A DNA stretch of 31,665 nt, from assembly GCA_035637055.1 (NCBI GenBank), contig DASPXY010000347.1:1-31665 (forward strand), written 5' to 3'. The translations under genes and the position numbers were made by a program. Positions within the stretch are counted from its first letter, which is position 1. Each line of letters opens with the position of its first letter. Origin of the DNA: Gemmataceae bacterium (GTDB lineage: Bacteria; Planctomycetota; Planctomycetia; Gemmatales; Gemmataceae). Below, in pieces: positions 25,451-31,665 of this stretch. The notes under the pieces were generated by a model that searched no databases, was not told the DNA's origin, and saw only the letters and a list, made by a program, of their open reading frames with translations.

Positions 25451-25496
25451 AACGAGGAACGCCGCCCGGATCTTGGCCCCGGACGGCGTTTCTCGT
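25445..25496 (-). terminator. Probable intrinsic terminator after the thioredoxin-like gene
   Basis: Imperfect 16-bp stem ACGAGGAACGCCGCCC / GGACGGCGTTTCTCGT. On the minus strand it is followed by TTCTCT and lies 24 nt after the stop at 25520. Confidence 0.5.
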
Positions 25497-25519
25497 GTTC
25501 CAACCAACTGCGGTGAGGA

Positions 25520-26077
25520 TTACTTCAGGATCTTCGGCACGTTCGCCATGATCTGCGTGATCGCCTGGTCGTTCAACTGGCCCTTGCGGAATACATGGTT
25601 GGCGACCACAACAAGCTTGTTGTACAGGACGACGGTGACGTCGGCGTCGCGGGCGACCTCAAACCTCTCCGGGCCGCTCGGGCCGTCGATGGCCAGCACG
25701 GTGTTCTTGATGTTCTCGGTCGCGGCCAGCTTCTTCAGCTTGTCGGCCAGTTCTTCCCTGTCGGTCAGGAAGACGACGAAGCTGCCCATGCCCTTGTCCT
25801 TGTTCTTCGCGGTGGCGGCGTCGAGTTGCTTGATCAGCTTCGTCAACGACGGGCTGACCTCGCGAGCGAAGACCATCGCCACCGGGCTGAGGCCGTGCTT
25901 GCACACCAGGGAACTTTTCCTGCCGGCCTCGGGGCCGGTGACGTTCAGCGGATAGAACGGACCGGGAATGCGTTTGCCGGCCTGCGGGCCGGACTTGGGC
26001 GTGCCGCCCGCGAGGGTGCTGCCGACCACCACGCCGAGCGTCAGCACCGCCACCGCCAGAATTCGCGTTGTCCTCAT
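25520..26077 (-). CDS. Exported thioredoxin-like-fold protein (planctomycete-type)
   Basis: GAAGGAG RBS; signal peptide; KSGPQAG...GPFYPLNVTG...SLVC...PVAMVFAR pattern. The fold is inferred. Confidence 0.7.
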   Translation of the reverse strand: MRTTRILAVAVLTLGVVVGSTLAGGTPKSGPQAGKRIPGPFYPLNVTGPEAGRKSSLVCKHGLSPVAMVFAREVSPSLTKLIKQLDAATAKNKDKGMGSFVVFLTDREELADKLKKLAATENIKNTVLAIDGPSGPERFEVARDADVTVVLYNKLVVVANHVFRKGQLNDQAITQIMANVPKILK

Positions 26078-26244
26078 CGGATCGATCTCCTTCAGATAGG
26101 AACCTTCGAGAGCTTTTTTACCTATTTAGAGCTCTGGCCGGCGAGCGGCAGGAGTTTCTGCACGAGTTTACGGAACGGTTACCCTCTGGGGACTTGCGAG
26201 AAGCCGGTGACTATGGGTCGGGACTCTATGTGCGATCAGGACCG

Positions 26245-27087
26245 TTACGCAGTTGCGACCTCGCGGACGGCGGCGATGGGCAGGTCGCGCTTGGTCCCCC
26301 ACACCTCCCACTCCGTGGCGGTGCGGGTCAGAAAGATGCGCTGGAACTCGTCCTCCCTCGCGCACGTCATATTCAATTCGTCGAGGAGCCGTTGCAAGAA
26401 GTGAGGCTCCAGCGCCGCCAGGGCAACCCATCCCTCCTTTGCCGGATACAGCTGGTAACCCGGAACACCGCCCCCGAGGATCCCTCCGGGAGCAGTCAAC
26501 CCTCGCCGGAACGGCTCGGCAAACCACTCCGCGGCCTGTGCCAAACTGACCCAAACACACTGACTGCCCTGACCGCGGTCGCGCGCCAGCATCAGGGCGA
26601 GTGCGGTACTGACGACCTCCTGAGCCCCTGCCAGGTCCGCGATACACGCGCGCGGAAGATGGGGCGGCGTCAGCAATCCTGCCCGGGCCTGGTAGGTGAG
26701 ATCGTGGCCGGGCAGGTCGTTCAGCGGGGCAAGGTAGCCCACGATCCCCACTTGACACAGCCGCGGGTAACGGGCGTGCAACGAATCCCACGCCAGCCCC
26801 AACCGCTGCAGGGCCGCCGGTCGCGTCGCCGTGATCAACAGGTCTGCCCACGCCAGCCACTCGTCAAGTCGGAGACGCTCCGCCGGTTCCTTGAGGTTCA
26901 GACGCACAATTTCCTGGCCCTGGTGCAATTCGCCGTACCAGTCCGGCCGAACTCGAGCGAGGGGGTCGCCGTCCGGCGGTTCGACCTTCACGACCGCGGC
27001 CCCCAGATGGTGCAGGCGGGCGACCGCCAGCGGCCCCGGCAGATTGACGGCCAGCGTGAGAACGTGAGTGTTTTCGAGAGGTTTCAT
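26245..27087 (-). CDS. Family III CoA-transferase (CaiB/BaiF), short form
   Basis: VLTLAVNLPGPLA...LGAAVVKVEPPDGDP, GHDLTYQA (catalytic Asp region) and YQLYPAKEGWVALAALEPHF. Confidence 0.88.
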   Translation of the reverse strand: MKPLENTHVLTLAVNLPGPLAVARLHHLGAAVVKVEPPDGDPLARVRPDWYGELHQGQEIVRLNLKEPAERLRLDEWLAWADLLITATRPAALQRLGLAWDSLHARYPRLCQVGIVGYLAPLNDLPGHDLTYQARAGLLTPPHLPRACIADLAGAQEVVSTALALMLARDRGQGSQCVWVSLAQAAEWFAEPFRRGLTAPGGILGGGVPGYQLYPAKEGWVALAALEPHFLQRLLDELNMTCAREDEFQRIFLTRTATEWEVWGTKRDLPIAAVREVATA

Positions 27088-27105
27088 GACGCCAACGGTT
27101 TCCTC

Positions 27106-27846
27106 TCAGCGCACCCGCTCCCAGCTGACGGCGGTGACACACGGCTCGATCCCGAGACGCTGCACCATCTCGTTCAGGTACTTGTCGTTCCGCTCGTGCG
27201 AGAAGATCTCCGCCACGACGGCACACACGCCGGCCTGCTCGGTATCCTGCATGGCCAGGCCCTGAACATTCATGCTCGGGTGCGAGTTGATGTGGCGCAT
27301 GAACACGTTGCGGACGAGACCCGCCTCCTGCGTCTGGCAGACGGCGCGCATCCGGTAGACCGTTTCCACTTCCACCGCTGTTTTGGCCCGGGCCTGGAGG
27401 CGGCGGACCACCGGCCGCAGGCACACGTTGACGAGCAGGATGGCCGCGGTGCCGAGGGCGGCCTCCAGCGGCAGGCCTGAGCCAGCCAGAACGCCGATGG
27501 CGGCGCTGCACCACAACGTCGCGGCCGTGTTCATGCCGCGCACGGTCAGCCCCTCGCGCAGGATCACGCCGCCGCCCAGAAAGCCGATGCCGCTGACGAC
27601 CTGGCCGGCGACGCGCGTCGGGCTGGAGTCACCGCCGAGCAACTGCGGCAGCGCCACGAACATGGCGGCCCCGAGGCAGACCAGGGCGTTGGTGCGCAAC
27701 CCCGCCGGGTGCCCGCGAAACTCCCGCTCCAGCCCGATAACCATGCCCAGCAGCATCGCGGCGCCGATATTCAGGATAAAGGCGAGCGCATCCATCGTCG
27801 AAGGCGGGCCGGCGGTGCTCGCCGCGAAGGTCACCATCACCGACAT
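27106..27846 (-). CDS. mgtC: MgtC/SapB family membrane protein with C-terminal ACT-like domain
   Basis: AAGGAGG RBS. Motifs IGLERE, AGLRTNALV, RVAGQVVSGIGFLGGGVI and GMNTAATLWCSAAIG. Confidence 0.9.
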   Translation of the reverse strand: MSVMVTFAASTAGPPSTMDALAFILNIGAAMLLGMVIGLEREFRGHPAGLRTNALVCLGAAMFVALPQLLGGDSSPTRVAGQVVSGIGFLGGGVILREGLTVRGMNTAATLWCSAAIGVLAGSGLPLEAALGTAAILLVNVCLRPVVRRLQARAKTAVEVETVYRMRAVCQTQEAGLVRNVFMRHINSHPSMNVQGLAMQDTEQAGVCAVVAEIFSHERNDKYLNEMVQRLGIEPCVTAVSWERVR

Positions 27847-27864
27847 GGCGGAGCCTCCTTGGGG

Positions 27865-28890
27865 TTATTCCTTCAGGGCCAGGATGGCGTCCAGCGGACT
27901 GTCGGTCGGCCGGCCCTCAACGCGGCTGAAGCCCGCCGCGCGGAGCAACGCCGCGTACTCCGCGAGCGTGCGTTCCTTCCCCTCGGTGCAGGTTAGCATG
28001 TTCAGCGATTGCAGCACGGCCCAGCGCGGCCCGCTGCGGTCGTCGTCGAGCAGTTTCTCCGCGATGAGCAGGCCGCCGCCGGACGGCAGGCGTTCGTAGA
28101 TGGCCCGCAGCAGCCGACGGATCTTGTCCTCGCTCCAGTCGTGGAGGATGCGGCCGACGGCGAACAAATCCGCCGCGGGCAGCGGCTCGGTGAAGAAGTC
28201 GCCGGCTAGCACCTCGACGCGATCGGCAAGCCCGGCAGAACGGACGTACTCCTCGGCCAGCGGCACGACCGCGGGCAGGTCGAAAACGACGGCACGCAAC
28301 GTCGGGTAGCGGCGACAGGCAGCAACGGCGAAATGGCCGGTGGCGCCGCCCAGGTCGGCAAGGCGATGGAAGCGGCTCAGGTCAAACGCCTCAGCGACGC
28401 GCGGCGAACTGAGCAGGCCGTGACCGTGCATGCCGAGTAGAAACTCGCGTTTGTCGTCGTCGGTGCGAAAGAAGTGGGCGAAGATCGGCCCGTCGAGGTC
28501 GAACGCCTGCCGCCAGCGGTGCGTGCCCTCACGGACGGCGTCTTCCAGATTGCCCCACAACCTCCACAGCACCGTATTGGAGTAATTGATGTAGCCGGTC
28601 AGCCGCCGCGGACTCTGGCGGCACAGGTAGGCCGCGCTGGCGGGCGTGTTGGCGTAGGCGTCCCTGTCGCGCGTGAGCAGGCGCAGCCCAACGCAACCAT
28701 CGAGCAATCGCTGTAGGGCGTCGGGGTTGACTTGAAGGTCATGGGCCAGCACGGCGAGCGAAGCGGGGCCGTCGGCCAGTCGATCGAAGAGGCCAAGAGC
28801 GACGGCGGCGAACATCACCTTGGAGCAGCGGAAACCCTCCAGCAGATCGAGAACAGGGGATGGATCGTGGGCCGGCGTCTCGGCGGACAT
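27865..28890 (-). CDS. SAM-dependent O-methyltransferase (Methyltransf_2, ASMT-like, with dimerisation domain)
   Basis: DLGGATG, VFDLP, GDFF, GRILHDW and ERTLAEY. The start is trimmed to MSAETPAHD to avoid overlapping the toxin gene. Confidence 0.9.
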   Translation of the reverse strand: MSAETPAHDPSPVLDLLEGFRCSKVMFAAVALGLFDRLADGPASLAVLAHDLQVNPDALQRLLDGCVGLRLLTRDRDAYANTPASAAYLCRQSPRRLTGYINYSNTVLWRLWGNLEDAVREGTHRWRQAFDLDGPIFAHFFRTDDDKREFLLGMHGHGLLSSPRVAEAFDLSRFHRLADLGGATGHFAVAACRRYPTLRAVVFDLPAVVPLAEEYVRSAGLADRVEVLAGDFFTEPLPAADLFAVGRILHDWSEDKIRRLLRAIYERLPSGGGLLIAEKLLDDDRSGPRWAVLQSLNMLTCTEGKERTLAEYAALLRAAGFSRVEGRPTDSPLDAILALKE

Positions 28891-28927
28891 CAAGCAGTTC
28901 CTCGCCCGGTGATTGGCTGGCTCCGGC

Positions 28928-29197
28928 TCACTGCCCTCGTCGCCGAAACTGCCGAATGTAGAGCACCGAGACCGTTTGACCATCTGCCTCAATGCGGAAT
29001 ACGACGGCGAGGGGCGGGACGAACGTGATCCTTCGGCCGCGGGGCCGGGATTCGCCTTCGTTGTGAGGGTCGGCACCGAGTCGTTGATCGATGGTGTGGC
29101 TGGCTGCGGTAATGGCCCGACGGCCTTCGGAATCCGCTTGCGTCCAGATCGCCGCAAGGACATTCAGGGCTCGTCGCGACCAGCGGACTCGGAACAT
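28928..29197 (-). CDS. Putative RelE/ParE-fold toxin (89 aa)
   Basis: MFRVRWSRRALNVLAAIW...IDQRLGADPHNEGESR...RITFVPPLAVVFRI...VSVLYI has RelE/ParE-like topology and size, and is basic. TGATG coupling with the upstream gene. Confidence 0.7.
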   Translation of the reverse strand: MFRVRWSRRALNVLAAIWTQADSEGRRAITAASHTIDQRLGADPHNEGESRPRGRRITFVPPLAVVFRIEADGQTVSVLYIRQFRRRGQ

Positions 29198-29439
29198 CAC
29201 TGCTGCTCCAGGGTTTTGAGGTGGGCGAGCACTTCTTCCGTGGTGTACCATTCGGTGGATTGTTCCAGGTGGTCCAGTTCTTCCTCGGTCACTTCTGGAG
29301 AAACAGGCTCCCACTCCGACAAGTCGAGTACAGGTACAAACTGCCCCAACACCCGCCCCGATGGGTCGCACAACTGCACTGCCTGAGTCAACCCATTGAG
29401 TTTGCCGGCAAAGGCCGCATCGAGGATGAGTTGTGTCAT
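29197..29439 (-). CDS. Putative antitoxin (80 aa, acidic)
   Basis: AAAGGGA RBS before MTQLILDAAF. Acidic C-terminus (EEELDHLEQSTEWYTTEEVLAHL). Its stop overlaps the toxin start. Confidence 0.7.
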   Translation of the reverse strand: MTQLILDAAFAGKLNGLTQAVQLCDPSGRVLGQFVPVLDLSEWEPVSPEVTEEELDHLEQSTEWYTTEEVLAHLKTLEQQ

Positions 29440-29488
29440 TTCTGAGTCCCTTTCTCGTTCTTCGGTTGAAGGCATTTCACCCTTCCGC

Positions 29489-29517
29489 ATCTTACCCAGC
29501 AGTTTCGGTGCCTGCAA
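29489..29517 (-). promoter_or_regulatory. Candidate sigma70 promoter TTGCAG-17-TAAGAT for the TA operon
   Basis: -35 at 29512-29517, exact 17-nt spacer, -10 at 29489-29494, 50 nt upstream of ATG 29439. Confidence 0.6.
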
Positions 29518-29525
29518 ATGCATCT

Positions 29526-29546
29526 GGAATCCTTGGATCTTGGATC
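29526..29546. repeat. Short heptamer repeat (GGAATCC TTGGATC TTGGATC)
   Basis: Three heptamer-spaced GGA(A)TC units just downstream of the PQQ-like gene stop. Confidence 0.4.
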
Positions 29547-29560
29547 CTCGCTTACGTCCG

Positions 29561-31665
29561 CTAGTGCTTGCGTGCCGGGTAGGCCGTGATGGTGGTCGGC
29601 CCCTGCGCGATGAGTTGACCGCCATGCACGAGCAAGTTCCCCGGCGCCTCCTTCAACCCCGTGTGGACCTGCGCCGGCTGCCCCTTCTCCAGATCGACAG
29701 CGCCGATCGCTGGCCCCTTACCGCCAACCGCATTTCGCAGAGGTAAATAGTAGGTATTGCCGGCGGCGACTCCCATGCCGGAGGGCACCCCCGTTTCGAC
29801 GCGCCAGACTTGCTTGCCGTCTTTGAGAGCGAGAGCGCGGCAGTCCCGCTTGCCGACCAGCAGCACCTTGCCGCTGCGGACACCCGCCAGGTAGAGGTCA
29901 TCGTCGCGCTTCGCCTTCCACTGCAGCGAGCCGTCGCGCAGGTCCAGGCAGTGAACTGATCCCTCACCCGCGGCCGTGAACACCACCTTGCCGCCGGCGA
30001 TCACTGGCGCCGTGTTGTGCCACTCCGGCCGGAGGTTGACGCCGCCCTGCGGCCCGGACCTGCCCTCGCGGTAGGTGTAGACCCACAGGAGGCTTTCCGT
30101 CAGCAGATCAACGGCGAGGATGGCGCCGGCATTGGTCGGGCAAATGAGGACGCCGTCGCTGTACGCCAGGTGAACGGGCTGCGTGCAGCGCAAGGGGGAA
30201 GCGGCGACCGTGTCCTGCACCGTCGCCAGCAGATGCTGCGAGAGCACCTTGCCGCCCTTCGCCGGATCGAGACTGACCAGGCGCAGCTGACCATCTCGTT
30301 CGTTGAGCGCGTACAGCGTGCCACCCAGCGGCAACGGGGCGCCCAACCAGTGGCCACCGAGGGATGGGTCACCCTGCCGCCACTCGAGCTTGCCGGTCTT
30401 GAGTTGATACGCCTGCAAGCTGTTCTGCGCGATCAACTCACTGAGTGTCCCTGTGATCCCTGCGCGCGGGCCGGTCGGTGGGATGGACAGGTCATCGACG
30501 ACATAGACGAACTGGCCGTCCGACGAGAGCGTGCCCGCGGCGGGGTTCTCGAATACAACGCCGCCAAAACCCTGCTTCTCGTAAGTCTGCAGCCAATTCT
30601 GCACTGGCCCGCGCAGCTTGTTGTCGGCCAGCAGCATCGCCAAACTACCCTCCAACTCGGTTGGCTTCCATTCGATGTCGCCAGGTTTCGCCTCGACCTG
30701 GCCTTGCTTGTCTTTCAACTCGGTCAGCTGGACGCAGGTGATGCCGGCGTGCGTGCGGTAGATGACCTTGTCGCCGACCGCCAGCGGGAAGAAGCCGGGC
30801 AGCACAGGGGCGTCTTGTTGACCATCTCGCTGTCGGCGTGCCCGATCAATCCACGGCTCGGCCTCCTTGCCCTTGTCCACCTCACCGCTCCCCTCGAACA
30901 CGTCGAGCAGAGTGCGCCGCTGCCAGATGACCTTGTCGAGAACGGGGGTGCCTGCCGCGGCGCCCTGCCCGGAGCGTGCGGCGTTGCCCTGGAACAGCAG
31001 CCAGGCGAGCCCGCGCCCTTCGCTCGCCGCAGCCACGCGCTCCAGTTCCTGCCGCGCCTGCTCGACGCTGAATTTCCGCTCCCCGAGTACCAGGCCAGTC
31101 TTGTCGATCTTCGTCGCCAGTTGCTTCCAGACGCGATCGCTGCCGGCGCGGTCGCCTGTCACGCGGAAGGCCACGGCGGCCCGATACAGCGTCAACGTCG
31201 TGGGTTCGGCGAAGGGCTGGCGGAGCAGACGTTCGTAACAGAGGGCGGCGGGGAGGTAGCGGCCGGCCTCATGATGCTGACCGCCGAGAAGGGTCAGCGC
31301 CTCGGGGCCGGCGCTGGTGTAGAGACCGCGGCGAATCGCCTGGGCCAGTAAACGCGGATCGTTCTGTTGCTTCGCCCGCGCGAGCAGATCGCGGCCAAGT
31401 GAGCCGTAATGCTCGTTGTAGACCTTGATGGCCTCGACCGGCAATCGCGCCAGCAGGGCGTTGGCCGCGACGTTCGGACTGTGCCAGCGAACGAACGGCT
31501 TGCCCTCGGCGTCCTTGCCGCACTCCTGCAGCAGGGCGCTGCCGGAGGCGTCGAGCAGCATCTGCAGACTGTGGGCAACCGTGTGCCATTCGCGATCCTT
31601 GATGTAGGTAGGAATCTGGCGAAGGATTTGCGGCAAGCGCGTATTGCCCTCCACGAAATCGTCCA
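29561..31665 (-). CDS. PQQ-binding-like (BamB-type) beta-propeller protein with TPR-like N-terminal part; 5' truncated
   Basis: The frame stays open to the window edge (...DDFVEGNTRLPQ). Propeller repeats include YQLKTGKLEW, AVDLLTESLLW, CLDLRDGSLQW and ALALKDGKQVW. TPR-like helix pair EALTLLG...YLPAALCYERLL. Confidence 0.85.
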   Translation of the reverse strand, partial: DDFVEGNTRLPQILRQIPTYIKDREWHTVAHSLQMLLDASGSALLQECGKDAEGKPFVRWHSPNVAANALLARLPVEAIKVYNEHYGSLGRDLLARAKQQNDPRLLAQAIRRGLYTSAGPEALTLLGGQHHEAGRYLPAALCYERLLRQPFAEPTTLTLYRAAVAFRVTGDRAGSDRVWKQLATKIDKTGLVLGERKFSVEQARQELERVAAASEGRGLAWLLFQGNAARSGQGAAAGTPVLDKVIWQRRTLLDVFEGSGEVDKGKEAEPWIDRARRQRDGQQDAPVLPGFFPLAVGDKVIYRTHAGITCVQLTELKDKQGQVEAKPGDIEWKPTELEGSLAMLLADNKLRGPVQNWLQTYEKQGFGGVVFENPAAGTLSSDGQFVYVVDDLSIPPTGPRAGITGTLSELIAQNSLQAYQLKTGKLEWRQGDPSLGGHWLGAPLPLGGTLYALNERDGQLRLVSLDPAKGGKVLSQHLLATVQDTVAASPLRCTQPVHLAYSDGVLICPTNAGAILAVDLLTESLLWVYTYREGRSGPQGGVNLRPEWHNTAPVIAGGKVVFTAAGEGSVHCLDLRDGSLQWKAKRDDDLYLAGVRSGKVLLVGKRDCRALALKDGKQVWRVETGVPSGMGVAAGNTYYLPLRNAVGGKGPAIGAVDLEKGQPAQVHTGLKEAPGNLLVHGGQLIAQGPTTITAYPARKH

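Noticed and set aside
28891-29163. Longer methyltransferase start at 29163, and longer starts for the toxin (29371) and antitoxin (29625)
   Set aside because: They overlap neighbouring real genes or the promoter. Shorter starts have an RBS or translational coupling.
30017-31351. 444-aa plus-strand ORF, and similar long antisense ORFs at 11072-12157, 12380-13930, 16885-18630 and 26068-27480
   Set aside because: They are antisense shadows of well-supported genes and carry no motifs.

Overview
High-GC bacterial chromosomal window, most likely Planctomycetota (Gemmataceae-like). This assignment is inferred from recalled family traits and not from a database search: PQQ-type propeller protein, planctomycete-style outer-membrane and thioredoxin-like proteins, ECF sigma factor, membrane Ser/Thr kinase and many intergenic palindromes. 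Content in order: the 3' end of a RelE/ParE toxin; an ECF sigma / membrane anti-sigma / 2227-aa thioester alpha-2-macroglobulin cluster, where the macroglobulin carries an unusual N-terminal extension with an apparent OstA/LptA-like beta domain; a small membrane protein; an orphan, internally duplicated antitoxin-like gene followed by a 5-codon toxin-like stub; an M20 peptidase; dgkA; a UvrD helicase with an inserted DEDDh exonuclease; an FHA / APH-like kinase / Ser-Thr kinase cluster; a putative outer-membrane barrel; a minus-strand run of permease, PLP aminotransferase, sulfotransferase-like, hypothetical and thioredoxin-like genes; CoA-transferase, MgtC and O-methyltransferase genes behind an intact toxin-antitoxin-like pair; and a 5'-truncated PQQ-like propeller protein. 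Intergenic DNA holds several distinct palindromic or tandem repeat families, including a three-copy G-quadruplex-capable palindrome. No rRNA, tRNA, CRISPR array or transposase was recognised. All family calls come from motif recognition by eye.
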